Assembly: GCA_013115145.1 (NCBI GenBank)
Contig: JAAPAO010000356.1
Span: forward strand, 1-37,030
Origin: Perkinsus chesapeaki ATCC PRA-425
Taxonomy: Eukaryota > Protista > Perkinsozoa
Length of the DNA: 37,030 nt
Reading direction: 5' to 3'
Positions 21,810 to 34,981 of the stretch are shown here, in pieces; within the stretch, counting starts at the first letter, position 1, and each line of letters starts with the position of its first letter. The translations under genes and the position numbers were made by a program. The notes under the pieces were generated by a model that worked only from the letters and a program-made list of their open reading frames with translations, was not told the origin of the DNA and did no database searches.

Positions 21810-22958
21810 CTACCAACCGTACTTGCGCGCAGTCTGTCCCCGTTTGCCGGCTTGTGTTCCAAGATCCATCAGTCGTTTGGCACCATGGTCAATTGTGTCC
21901 TCTGCCAACCAATTGATGTGATGCTTCCTTTTATGATTCTGAACATACCAGTGTTCGCTGCTCCATAGACCCCCGAGTGCGTTACCTTTCCAACCTGTCC
22001 CCCCGGATTAGCCTGCTTTGCTCCCTCTGTTGTATCAAAGAAGTCTCCGAGAGCAGCCTCTTGAACCTGCTTCAATATTCATACCACGCTTCCTTCAGAT
22101 CACCCCCAGATTACCTTCCGTGCCTGCTCGTTTGCCTGTAATGCTTCATACCAATGGTCATCTTGCAGTGAGCTAGGGTCAATGTCCTGTGCAGTAGCAC
22201 CTATAGCCATCGTCATATACTTACTACTCAACGGATCTGATATTCAGATGCTGCCTTACCAAGCTGTTGGATATTCTTCAACTCCCTTGAAGATACTCCT
22301 TCCAAGTCCCTCATCATCTCCACCATCTCATTCCGTTTCTTATTCTTCTTCTGTGCCTCCGGGGGATCATCCCACACACCAGTGCTGGTAAGCCAATACT
22401 AAACCAACCCTCTTGGTCCTGCCTACCTTCCCCCCGTAGTAGCAAAGCCCTCAATCTGTACATTAGCAGGGGCAGAGAGACCACCAGTAAGTAGGGACGC
22501 TCGTAGGGTACTAGCTCTTATACTGGGTATCGATGATGATGACACGGCCTATGGTGAAAGGATAACGAATAGGTTACCACTCCTACTACTACCTTGCCAG
22601 CTGCTGCCTCAGCATCTTGCCCATGCTGTGAAGGTTCAGACCTCGAGCTGCTGGCATCTGATACGCAAAGGTCGAGGTTAAGACTGTGACGATTCCTGGT
22701 CACCCACCCGCTGCTGCTGCTGCCTTCTCTGTTGTCCTCTGCTTCTTCCTCGACTCAATGGTACTATCATAATCAGCTAATGCTGCAGAGGCTGATGGAA
22801 GAGGATGAGCCTCCTTATTCCTTTTACTGAAGGACATTTGGTATGGCTCAAGCAATCCACAGGTGCAGCAGCAGGTGCTCTTACTGTTCTTGCTCAATAC
22901 CATCATCCTCACTATCAGAAGAGGAGGAGGAGGAAGCACTGTCGTACCCTGCCAACAT
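21810..22958 (-). CDS. PRCC: PRCC-like (MAD2B-interacting) protein, multi-exon
   Basis: N-terminus MLAGYDSASSSSSSDSED; C-terminus KRKHHINWLAEDTIDHGAKRLMDLGTQAGKRGQTARKYGW*, matching the PRCC RKH.I..L...QT..KYG[FW] motif. Confidence 0.8.
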
Positions 22959-23078
22959 CGACAAAGCTACATGCCTATCTACCACCCTAGAAAAGTAACT
23001 CAATACCGTCCAATGTATTAAACAACGGCAATGACCAAGGCTGCACCACAACATGAGGAACATAACAATACACGACAT

Positions 23079-25951
23079 TCAAGTGGCAGCAGAAGAAGAC
23101 GACGAAGACGAACCTTGTGCTCCTCCAGATCCTCGAGCCGCTCGGGGACTACTGTCATCGGCAATTGAGTTGAACTGCGGGGAGTGATGATCATGATACG
23201 GTAATGTCGATTACCGTATCCAATATAACCAATTGTGCGGCCCCAGCAAACCTCCTCTGATGTACAGCTAAGCCCTCGGCTACCCTACGACGCTCTACTT
23301 GAGGCCATAAGAACTCTCGCATCAATCTTTGCAGTATCTGAATAGGTAGTCGCAAACCCCAGTTGGCCATGGTAAACTAACCTCAGTTTGGCCCAAGTCA
23401 TTGCCAAGCTCCTCCTTCTCCTTCTCCTCCTCCATTTTATCCAGTACTGGATTCACATATCGTGCCGTAGCTCGGGCCTCCCTAAGGGCAAAACTAACTC
23501 GTCCCCACCCTGCTCTACCCATCCCTTTATTACCCCAACGCCCTCCTCTTAGCACACTCCCTAACTCCTGCTGCCATGGCATCTGCGACTAGACTGTCAC
23601 CTTCCCGCTGTACCATAGTGTCGACAGACCGACGAAAGCCTTCTTGGAATGACCTTAACTCATCTGCCTATCTCCCCTAGACCCCGATGCTCACTTCAGT
23701 CTGAGGAGGGCCTGCCGATGCCCTGCTTCCCTACCCTCCTTTCTTCGCCGTTCACCCTCAGCATGTGCCACCATCTACTATCCCACACTTAACAACACTC
23801 CAAGCTCCCTAACCGACCTTAGCTACTCTATTACGGCCTATCTCCCTCAACCTATCCTTCGCCAGCTCACCGAGACTCCTACCAATTGTTCGACCTGACC
23901 CATAGACCGTGGCTTGGACACTGTGCTCAGAAGCGGCGGCCTACCAATGATGCTTTTGCAGACCGCTCCTTCCACGTGACTGGATATCAGTACAGTTCGG
24001 TCAATCTCATCTGTTGCAGTTTGTACCCCTGATGAAGTGGTTGTGCTGGTCCTTACCAAAAACCTTACCGGTGTGAGCTTCCATATACATAAGCTCGTTT
24101 ATAAGATCTATCCGCCTATCCCTTCCCTGATACCTAAAAGCCTTAGACTAAGACATCCTCCAGCCACATTATTGATACATTATCATTTGGGCTGCTCGAC
24201 CTCTGATGAGTTTAGTAAGAATAAGTCTAGCCATGACCTTCTTTTCATCCTCTGGATGCCTCTTAATAACCTACTATATATCCTACCATTTGATCCCCCC
24301 CCCAAACTGTGTAGGTCACCTCTGGGGATGCTGGCCGACAATACCCCTTCAACTTGGTCTTCTTCCTCTTATTACCCTCCTCCCCTCCCTCCTCTTCCTT
24401 TGTCTCTTCATCCTTCAGTATCCCTATCACCAAGGTACCCATCCTCACCCAACCTTCCCCTACTACCCTTCTCCTCCAGCAGCGGCAGCCTATTTGGCTT
24501 CTGTAGCTCCTCCATAACCTTTACTGCCCTCAGCCTGTCCTTATTCATCCCCAGCCACACCCTTAGCTGCTTCTTCATGTCACCCGCAGGTCTAGGCATC
24601 TACCCTTCCAGCCGTGTACTCCTGCAACGGCTCTAAGATACCTACCCGTACTGCGGCCATCACCGCTGGACATTCCTCTAGGTTCTTAACAGCCGTGACG
24701 TTGTCTAAAGAGGGTGCCAAGGTATCTCCTATGCATCCTGATGTGGGGCCGTCTCGGAGGGCTGCCACCCACAAGGATGACGATGGGCATACATTTCTAA
24801 ATAGGAGGCCTCGAGGCCCAGGAGGAGGACGCCCTATTACCTATCTATTACACTACCAAGATGGCCTTCTGGATTGCCTAGGCTCTTAATGGTGGCAAGG
24901 TCCCGTATCTTATTAAAGTGTGACTTCCTCAAGCGTCTAGTTTGGTCGGTATGCAACCGTAATAGCTAATAGAGATACGTAATATGCCCCCACAGGTAAT
25001 AGTTACCTCCTTCCCCTGCTCATGCTGCATCTGTTTCCGTATCCTCGTCAATGTAGCATCTATCTTTGCAGTATGCTCCTTTCGTAGGTCACTCAGAGCT
25101 CGACTAAGAGCCTGCCCCAGATAAGATATCCCAGCAACACCCCACACCCTCATTACCTCCACCCTCCTCTTGCTAAGCCTCTCCAGCCTAACACTATGCC
25201 TCTTGTACTGGCAGACATCCCTGGCCTGGTTATAGCCATCACCTACATAACAACAACCCTTATATCGATCACATTACAATAGCCTATTACGGTCATTTTC
25301 ATATTCCATTTGAAGCCTCTTGTCCTCCTATCACCAACACTACCCTCTACCACACCATACCCTTACTATCATCTCATCCATTTCTTCACCACTGGGATTG
25401 AGGCCCCCATTCAAGTACGTCAATTGCTCTAGATTTAATAGCTCCCTCTGCCTAGCATCCTCCTCTCCAGTCAAGTCCAATGGTGGTGAGTATCTACCCT
25501 CTCCTCAGCCTTACTCTACTTCCCCTATCCTACGGATCTGTCTGTGACTCTGCGTCCCTATAGTCACTCTGTACAGCTACTGTCCTCGATCGTGGTCCAT
25601 TAATAGACGATGCATGTGAGGATTGGAAGGGATCCCGGCTACTAGCAAATCCTGTGAACTCGGCGGCACTGTTCTCTGTAAAGACTGTTGCACCGCCGCC
25701 GTATACAGCAGACCTGTAGCAATATACCCCTTATTAGCGTCCTAGCCTACTGTATAGGAAGGCATAGGCCTGCTTTCGTATTGAAGTATTTTGCTCTCTC
25801 CTTACCGGATACGGCTAGTTGAGAGCTATACCTATTGGAAGGTTAATATTAACACCATTACTGGTACTAGTTACCAAGATGTTGCCCGCTTCTGTGCGGC
25901 AGTGGTCTCTATACCAATAACAGATTGGAAGGGATCACTGAGGACTAGCAT
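23079..25951 (-). CDS. CFAP91: Cilia- and flagella-associated protein 91 (MAATS1), many exons
   Basis: VSGKERAKYF, YRDAESQTDP|YSPP...ELLNLEQLTY, LTKLIRGRAAQMIM|YQGRDRRIDLINEL, AEGERRRKEGREAGHRQ, LMREFLWPQVERRR. The start codon is uncertain. Confidence 0.85.
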
Positions 25952-26337
25952 AGGGCAAAAAGGGGCTTACTGACAGGTCTCAAGCGGTGGCTAGGCACTG
26001 GCAGCCGCTATTTAACCTCAAAAATATCTTCAGAGTATCTTACGTAGCAAAAGATTCCAAGCAAAGGTCACTTTTAAAAAGGGTGCTCAAGGGCTGCTCG
26101 AAGAGACGGGAAAGCGCAAAATAATTTCGTGGCGCATCTTGCGCCTCGACACCGTCTGCCGTGACATGGGACGTCCGAATAGATTCCCAATAGGTTAGCT
26201 TAACATACTGGAACTGAGGCTCATCAGTACAATCTAGAGTAATATCTCAGATCGATTGTGGAACTTATTCTGAGGTGAGAACGAGTCCACCATGCGGCCG
26301 GCAGCTTGTTTACTCCACTCTGTCCGATGGCCCCCAT

Positions 26338-28089
26338 ATGATGCTCTATCGCTCTCCAGCTCTCCTACCCCTTTCCCACCCATGGACCACTGGATGGTGG
26401 CGTCTAATATCAACCCATCAGACAGGACCTAACTATTATGAAGTACTAGGTGTGAGGAAAACGTAATACGGTCTGGGCGATAGGGGGCTAATGGGGATGT
26501 CAGGGCCACCAGGCTCGAGATAAATATGGCATACAAACGGCTGGCTAAACGATACCATCCGGATATGACTGGAGGGGACTCCTCTCTGACAGAGAAGTTT
26601 AGAGAGGTCACTCGGGCCTATAATGTGCTCCATAACCCTACCTCCAGGAGAGAGTAAGGATGTGATAGGGGTAGGGAAGGAGGGATCGGCGCCATAGGTA
26701 TGATATGAAACAGCATCAGCAGCAAGGGCCTGCCCATGGGTACCACAGGCCTGGTGGAGGCCATCATACGTACCAGCATAGACGAGAGGATAGGGAAGAG
26801 GAGACTATGGAGGAGAAGAAGGCTCGATGGATGCGAGAGGCCAGGCCCATGTCTGGCTTCCAGATATTCACCCTTTGGGCCTTCATATTTGCTGTACCAT
26901 TCTTTGCGGTACTATCATGGGGGAGGGGGGGGGGGTGTTATATTAGACTGGAACTGTACACATGCTGTCGCGGAATGACCACCGATATGCCATCCAAACT
27001 TCTATGGGTGATTTACATTCCTCACTCAACTGAAACCCAAGCTTTAGCCCATCCTGGCAAAGTCTCGACCGCCGTTCTAGAAGTATCATTATAATAATAC
27101 CAGTCATGGAGTTCATTGCCAGACATTCTCTATTCGAGGCCATCAGTTACGCTCCCTACATCGGAGAGCTCACCCTCATGACCCAGACTACTGGAATGGT
27201 ATGCCAAGTGACGGCTATGGTATGGGCCCTCCGCCGCCATCGAGTCTGCCTACTGACCCAGCTGCTAGGAAGGACCTAGTGCGAGCCTTCTGGAACCCGA
27301 TAACAGAGAGGTAGCTCACTAGTGCTGCTGCTGTGGTTAGGAGGAAAGAGCGGTATGGCAGATGGGAGTGGTTGGGAGAGGGCTTTGATGCTCCAACGGC
27401 GGGGGAGCTATTGAAATGGATTAACTCTTTACAACCTGATTACTTCCAAACCAAGCTCAGAGAGGGTAGTGGATACCACAGCTTCCGTAAGCTCCTCCCT
27501 CGGCCCCTGCTAGGTAAGGCTGTGATGCCACTTCGGGCATCTACTGAGATACAGGTTGGTTATATACCATTTGAATGCACCGATATACCCCCTATAGTGC
27601 GGACCAGGCCCAACGGTAGTATTCCTGGCACAGGTGGGTTCGAGCTCTCTGTCATTTCAAATGACTCATTTATGGAAGGGCTGCTGGGAAGCAGTCCATC
27701 CCAAGGGCTCATCGGAAATAGATATTCTAGATCACAGTTTCTATTTCCTTTTCCATCAATAGTAACTCCCTATTGGTGATTAGCTTTCGCTTTATCAACG
27801 TCTGACCTCAGGCCACTGTGAGAAATGGGACGGTGCCAAGCAGCAGGCCTATGATTTGGAGACCCAGCAGGCTCGGCAAATATGTGCGTATTATCGTCAG
27901 CAGGCCCTCAACTACCAAAGGCAATATGCCGGTCGTTACGGCGGACAACCCCAAGGGGGCCCTCCTCAATGGGGTCCTACAGCAGCAGGACGGCATGGAG
28001 GAAGAGGGGACATGCCACAACAACAACCAGGCTATCATCATCATGGAGAGGTCCACGGACAGGCTTCCCCTCCAGCTGTTGTATTCTGA
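26338..28089 (+). CDS. DnaJ/Hsp40 J-domain protein with one TM segment and a long C-terminal extension, probably organellar
   Basis: NYYEVLGV...[12 protein letters not shown]...[19 protein letters not shown]|YD; hydrophobic [15 protein letters not shown]; later AFWNPITER|WEWLGEGF. Linkage of the last Q/G-rich exon is less certain. Confidence 0.8.
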
Positions 28090-28107
28090 TGATGATGATG
28101 ATGATGA
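28087..28107. repeat. (GAT)n microsatellite
   Basis: tgatgatgatgatgatgatga just after the DnaJ stop. Confidence 0.9.
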
Positions 28108-28199
28108 TGTGGTGATGATGTTATATGTTGCTTTGTTTTCTATTATCCCTCTTCTTGAGTATGACAGTTCCTCAATGAGAGGAGTCCATTAGCCTTCCC

Positions 28200-28963
28200 A
28201 TGGCCCCTCCTTCCCCCTCCTCCTACCTCTTCCTCGCCCTGCTAGCTATAGTAGGTATATCTCAGGATGCACCAGACTATGATGACTATGTGGATAGCCA
28301 GTCCACTAGTATATCGGTAGCCTCCCCCTCCTCCTCTTCAACTCCCTCTACCCCTTCTTTAGTCCTGTCCATGTCCATGTGTGGATGAGCGCGATGGTCG
28401 GTGTGCTGTTAAGGCCGATGCTTTCTGCTATCAGCCCATCTGCCCCGGTGGCTACTACCTGTCAGCAGCCCCTATCCCCCTTGCCTGTCCCAGCCTCCCT
28501 TTTTAGATGCTGTGCAACATGCAGTGTTAGTACCTGTGCTCATCGGCTCAAGGATATGATCACCAGTGCCCGAGGCCGGAAGGTGCCCTACAGCCCTGTC
28601 CGTCCCTCTACAGCGTTAAACAGGAGTGCATCACCTGCCCACCTGGACACTACTGTGAGGGCTGTGACGTCCCTCAGATGTGCCCCCTTGGGACCTTCAA
28701 CCGGAAGTGAGTTACCAACCTCTTCTGCCCTACCACTCTTCCTCTATCTCTCCGCCTATCAGGTACGGTATGAGCCGGATAGAGCATTGTATTGCCTGTC
28801 CACGGGGATACACTGCTACCAATGATGGCACCCAATGCTGTGATATAGCGGGCTCCTCCTGCACCGATCCTCGTAATGCTTGGTACCTCTCCATCGTACC
28901 TTAGGCATTCATGGATCTCAGCGGACCCGAGGCCTGAGTGGGAGAGTCGGTTCTAGCAGATGA
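28200..28963 (+). CDS. Small secreted cysteine-rich protein with a GCC2/GCC3 (ephrin-receptor-like) repeat
   Basis: Signal-peptide-like YLFLALLAIVGISQ; CPCPCVDERDGRC..CYQPICPGGYY|CCATC; ECITCPPGHYCEGC..CPLGTFN..EHCIACPRGY. The last exon is uncertain. Confidence 0.7.
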
Positions 28964-29173
28964 TGACTATGAAGCCGACGGTGGGGAAGCATGGTTAACA
29001 TGTATCTGTTGATCCTTATTGGTTTCGTTATCACCGATCCGTGCTAAAGGTTGCCATTTTTGGTATAGTGGTGTCGGAAAACTAATATCGTCAGCGTTCC
29101 ATGCTCGATGCAATCAGAGAGAGATCCGTCCTAAAATATCTTATTTCGTTGATTGTGCACAAGTTAACTTCCG

Positions 29174-29871
29174 ATGGCGTCATCACAGCCATCTTCGAAG
29201 AACACTTACGGTGAAGCCAAGCCCGCCGGGTGTCTGAAGTCCACCCTCAGTGGCTGCTCTTCATGCTGCAATAGCACTGTTCACTCTATAAAGAGGTGTG
29301 CTCTCTATACCGCTGTACATGAATGTATGTCTGTTAGTCTTTGTTGCCCAACATATAGGCTATACGAAGATGATGAGAATGCCTTGACTCCAGTGCGGGT
29401 TAAGGCACCTGTTTTTAACAACACCCCTCCGACCACTATAGTCCAGCCGCAGGTGCTGACCATTCTATTAACAATTAGACAATAGCAGTGCTAGGTTATC
29501 GGCAAAGTCGATTTGGACGCCGATGATAGGAGGTCGAAAGTTGTTGCTGCGGCAGAGCGGCGTGAAGAGCAGCAGCGCCACCGAGGTGGGCAGTACGATA
29601 CGATAGAGGCTGATCATCTTTAAGTACAGGTATAGGCAGTTCTGATAGAGCAGGAATCTTGGAGGAAGCTCACCGCAAAGACGAACTTATCGGGAGAATC
29701 ACCGAGCTGTACGCTGCCAACCAAGAGGGCCCTCCTATGGGCCTACGGCTGATGACGGTAAGGGTCTTTCTCCATCGGTCAGGCATGGTCCAGCAGGTAC
29801 AGCAGCTACGTGATCATTACCGAGTCTTGAAGGAACAGTCGAATGCGGTGCAGCAGTCTAATGCAATTTAA
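29174..29871 (+). CDS. SVIP-like small protein, 5 exons
   Basis: Cys cluster GCSSCC (possible palmitoylation); DDRRSKVVAAAERREEQQRHRG resembles the SVIP motif; KDELIGRITELY...PPMGL. All exons splice in frame. Confidence 0.5.
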
Positions 29872-30013
29872 TATTATGTCTGCGGCATTAATCTCTATTC
29901 ACATGTATGTCATCACTCCTTTGAAGCCACTCTCAGTCTCTTTGTCATACTCCCTAATGTTGAGCTCAAACCAGCGTACCCACAGCTGCTCCCCTAGGGG
30001 TTACTGGTTAACT

Positions 30014-32804
30014 ATGTCCTCCTCCTCCTCGCCACCAGTTAACCCCTTCGCTGCCCTCTCAGTTGGTAAGAGCTTCAAGGTTAAAACTGTCGACCTTACC
30101 CTTGATGATGACTCTAAACACCATAAGAAGCATAAGAAGGATAAGAGGAAGCATAGCCGTCACCATTATCGGGTGGATCGTAGTGACGATTCACCTCAAA
30201 AGCGGCGGCATCACCAAAAGAAGCGCAGAAGATCGTCGAGCGCATCGAGCAGCTCAGAGTCGGAGCCTGCTCATGACCGTTCCTCAACCCCTCCGCCCCA
30301 CCGCTCTGGTGACATCATGTTCAACCTCGGTCCATTCCAGTTCTTCCCCGACACCATAGGGGCGTCCTTCAGCAACGGCCAATGCTTTCGCCCTGAGGTC
30401 CCCACCATCCTCAAGCGCCTGGCCAACTCTGGTGGCCGGCGCGATGGTGTCCGTGATGCGCCTGTGCGATATTATGATAGGAAAGCTACTGCTGTGGTCA
30501 ACGGAGCTAACACGGACCATTGGGATCGACCACAAGGGAACTGCCGGATGCCCGGAGCTGACGATACTATCTTAAAGATGGCAGCGCCCGAGGCAGGGGT
30601 AGAGGAGAGCGATGATGGCAAAGACGGTGATCCGGACGAAAGAGACTTGAAGGTTCCTCTGGGTGAACTGGAGACCGAGAATCGGAGGCTGATACAGAGA
30701 TGTCGAGCCCATCCTGATAGGGTGGCAAACTGGATGGAGTTCATAGACCATCAGAAGAGATGGATGAGCAGTCTTGGTATTGATAAAGGCAGTATCGAAG
30801 ATAAGATACGTGTCATACTAGAAGATGCTGTAAAGAGCTCACCAGGTAGGCATCACCTTAACCGGTAACCTGGAGTAGTCTCGTTGTGCAGGCACGCCCC
30901 GTTTGTGGCAGTTGCGGTTGCTGGACCATGCTCCCTCGGATCCTAGACAGGATCGCGCACTATGGACAATGGCCATGCGGGAGCCTTCTGTTGCCAGCTC
31001 ACTTGCATCTTCCTGTGTTCAATCACTCATCGATAGCTCCACCCAAACCGAGGAGGCCACTCGAGATCCTGCCGCCCTGCTTGAACTTATTATGGGCTCT
31101 GGGGTGCTCAGTTCTTTAACGGTGGAAGTTGTCTACGAGATCCTCTGCCGTGTAGCCATGTTCGACATGTCCAGGGCCTTGTTGCTCTTTAGAGGAGTGG
31201 CGACGAGAGCTCTATTCCACAAAGTAGCCCCCCTCATTGGCTCGCCATCAGCCCACTACGCCCTAGTCGGTCACGACATCATGAACGTTAATCCTGGCTT
31301 CCTGGGAATCTGCGAGAGCGTCGACGCTGCTACCCCGGCTCAGACCAACGGAGATGACGTTGAGGTCAGACTGGCGAAGGCCCTCAGCAACTTCCCGCCG
31401 TCGCCGATACTTGGATGGGCTGCAAAGGAGTTCTCCCTGGAGCTCCCACAGGTCACCGCAACCGAGCTCAGTGAGGAAGATACTCACCTTGTTGAGAGAC
31501 TGGCTCGAGGGTTGTCGAAGAGGGACGGCATCGAACTTACTTTGAGATTGGTGGACATACTTTGTGGAGATACAATGGGTAACTCCGCCGACGTCAGTAT
31601 TAAAGCTGTCCAGACCCGCCCTTCTTGATCAGGTTCCCTAGAAAGATGTTCTTGTCGGAATCCTTATCGTCTGGTATTCCACGGCTACTTCGGCGATACA
31701 GCGCAGCTGCCTCTGGTGTCCGGTGACCGTTGCCGAGTTCTTGCAGCGCGGTGTCTGGCACAAGCCTTGTTGGCATGTACAACAGATGAGATTGAAGAGT
31801 CTTTGCTGCTGCGTGATCTTATCATCAGAGCCGAGCCTAGTACCGGTAGGGCCGTTGTTGCCACCTCGACGTCGTCAATCAGACTGTGGGCCGCCTACGC
31901 TCTGAGCCAACTCGACACCAACCCCAGTGTGATGGAGAAATGTTTGTCTTCCTTCGACCAGTGCTTTCCTCTCAAAGCTGCGTTGGCTCACTATAAGCTC
32001 CTCAACGGCAGCCTCTCCACCGCTGTCGAGTGTATTACTGGAAGCTCCTCTAACGTGGCTATTGCAAGCAAGCTCGAGGAGCTTCGGGAAGGTCTAGCCT
32101 CGGCAGACAGGACCGACCCGCCCTGCATCGGGCTCCCCTCTACGTTTTCTGCTTCTATATGGTGTATTTGGCTGCTTAATACAGCGAGGAACCCCACTCA
32201 CCCGGAGAAGCCACTTGCCGAGTTTTGGCGTCTCCTACCGGATCCTACCTCTGCCGTGGCCGACCTGTCCAACCGCTCTACAGAGCTTGTCTGTCAGTGG
32301 CTCATTGACTGTCTGCATACCCTCGAGGTGCCGCCAAATCTTATGCGAGCGGCATGTCTCAAGGCAAGTAGGCTCTTCCCTGGTCGCCCTGCTCTCTTAC
32401 CAGTCAACTTGCCGATAAGGGAGCAATGGCGGCTTCAACCGATTGCTCGTGAACCTACAGCCTCCGCCGTGCTCGGTGTACACCTTCCGGCCCTACGTCG
32501 CCCGATAGCGGCAGCCTACGCATCCTCGAAGCTCCCCACGGCCTCCCTCGAAGTTGCGAACGTGCTCCAAGCGAGCGATCGGTCCCTGGCTGAGAGGCAT
32601 TGCCTAGCTGGTCTCGGTCGACTGCCCATGCCCCACCGTGGCCTCTGGGCTCTTCGAGTCGCCTTGATCGACCGCAACATGATTGACTATGAAGATAAAG
32701 TTGTCGATATTGTGTGCGCTATGGCCGAGGCTGGCATGGAGCCGAGGAGTGATGTTGTTGAATGGTTAGCGGCTGTCGAGGCACAAGACGAGGGAAGCGA
32801 ATAA
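30014..32804 (+). CDS. NRDE2-like HAT/TPR-type protein, 3 exons
   Basis: K/H/S-rich N-terminus; NRRLIQRCRAHPDRVANWMEFIDHQ...EDKIRVILEDAVKSSP resembles the NRDE2 N-terminal HAT region. Introns at about 30845-30890 and 31580-31633 join the three long ORFs in frame. Confidence 0.6.
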
Positions 32805-32893
32805 GATACTTGTGTATTGTTTCACTGTATCAGTCTGTTTCGCTGTAACTGTTATTGCCAAGGACCGTTCTACAGACGTTTCCAATAGACACA

Positions 32894-33884
32894 ATGTTTT
32901 TTCAAGAGGACGCTGCCCACGACCACGGAGGGTGCTGCGCTAATCGAGAGCGAGCCGAGCGAGAGAGGCAGGCGAAGCTAATAGCCGATATCGAGGCAGC
33001 AAACGCTCGAGTAAGCCCCTAGATGAATCTGCTTAGTAGCTCGCTGCTTTGGCGGGCTCGGCGCCACAAGGGCAGACATTCGGGATGCCGCGCAAGTTGC
33101 GTGGTACCATGTCAGATGCTCGTGTGGTGGCAGTACCACATGAGCCCACCCTAGTGTGTCAGTTACGTGACGCGGCTGATCCCAGTGAGGTGAGCAGCAA
33201 TCCGTAACACTTTCGTCTGGGGTCAGTCACACACGGCTCTTGCTGATGCGTCCATTTTAGGCTTTCACTACCAGATTAGCTGTCCACACGGCGATGGAGA
33301 GGTCCCTCCGTAGACCCTCGGGCAGCAGACCATCTGAAGAGGCAAGCTCCGATCAGTGAGGAGGCTCTCAGTGTTCCATTAACACAGCCCTGACCGTTAG
33401 TGTTCAGGCAAGCGGAGGTTTCCGAAGAGGACACAACCGAGGAGCATGCCTCCCTAACCCGACAGAGACTAGTGTCGCTTAAGGTGCCCCTTGTGAACTT
33501 CAGGAAGGTCGCGGGGTTAACAGTTGGTGGGGAGTGTGGTGAAAGGCCCGTCCTCGCCTTGCTGACCCCCTGCATTGGCAGCGAGGAGCCTGGCAATGAA
33601 CCGTGGATTAAGGTAAGATCTGGCGATAGAAGGAAAGCACGGCGGTTTGGTGGCAGGTTTTCCAACAAGCAGCGGCTACCATTGCCGAGTCGGTCATCAG
33701 CGCGGTCTCTATCATTTGCCTGCCCAGCAATCCTGCGGCAACCTGTGGCGACTCAGAGTGTCCGTGGACGTTAACCCTGCCAAGCACTGCCTCACAAGAA
33801 GAGCGCAGCAAATTCAACTTCGCTAAGCAGTGCCTGTTGCCCATGATGATGTTCGGGGCTGACCCTGTTATAATAGCATGGTAA
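32894..33884 (+). CDS. Hypothetical multi-exon protein
   Basis: MFFQEDAAHDHGGCCANRERAERERQAKLIADIEAANAR| followed by several GTRAG-bounded open segments; no family recognised. Confidence 0.5.
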
Positions 33885-34981
33885 GTAACAGCTTATCAGT
33901 AACAGTAGCGTAAGGTCTGTGCGACAGTTGCTAATCTGTCAGGCGAGGTCGAGGTATTTGTGGTATGATATGCGGTAAAGACAAGCTATCAGATTCTAAT
34001 GCTGTTAATGTCGATACACTTTCTAAGATAACAGGGTTGATGATGAATACGACGACGACGACGTAATACATTGCAAAGTTTCATTTAACGTTTACTTTGG
34101 CTTTGGGTTAGATAGCATAACACTTAGAATACTTCAGACGCTGCTATGAGCTAATTTCGCAACTTAGCAGTGAGCTTTTACGATGCAGCAGACGGCATTG
34201 CTTGATTCGTTTCACTGCGAACATGCTACTTCGTTTCAAACTACGTAGCTTTAAGAAGACCACGAGGTGCTAGTCGCTTTAACAGTGGCTTTAAAGTTTG
34301 GTAAATAACAGAAATGGATTCTACGTATTGATGTCAGAGATTGTTCACCACTTAGTATCATGTCATCAACGGCATTGATGCCTGAGACTTGAAGTTATAC
34401 CATTCTTCATCACTCATACTCATTAATGCCTCAGCGAGACGACTCTTTGGTTGTGTTTATCAACATTGTTGTTGTTCTGCCTGGGGCGACAACTACAATC
34501 ATCATGGGCATTTCATCAAATGTGGTATGTTCCGAAACCATCACAAGTCCAATCAGCATCGGCCAAAAGAACAACAAAAGGAGGTCTCGATTACCAGGCG
34601 CTTTTATCTTCGCGCTTTGCGGCACTCGCTGCCCGATATAACAAGCGAGCGAGCAATTTGAGCGCGTGTCTTCATTAGAAGAAGTCTACTGGTGTTGGTG
34701 TGTTCCCGATGCCAGCAGCTTCATAGCTAAAATCGATCAACCGCGCGGGTCCAAATGAAAAAGCGCGCGCCAGGATATATCGTGACTGACACAACAATTG
34801 CCCCTTCAACATATAGAAAAAAGCCGCTGTCTTATCGAGGTCAAAAGTACATACCACATTTCGCCATTATCATCACAACAATGGGCAACACAGCAGACCT
34901 TTGATGTTCGATACAGCCTTCCTTCAAAATGTACCACAACCGCCGTATTTACACCTCAGTGATGATGATGGTCATCATATG

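Noticed and set aside
24856-24865. GCCATCTTGG on the minus strand matches the core of the Perkinsus spliced leader
   Set aside because: A 10-nt match inside a CFAP91 coding exon, with flanks that do not match; consistent with chance.
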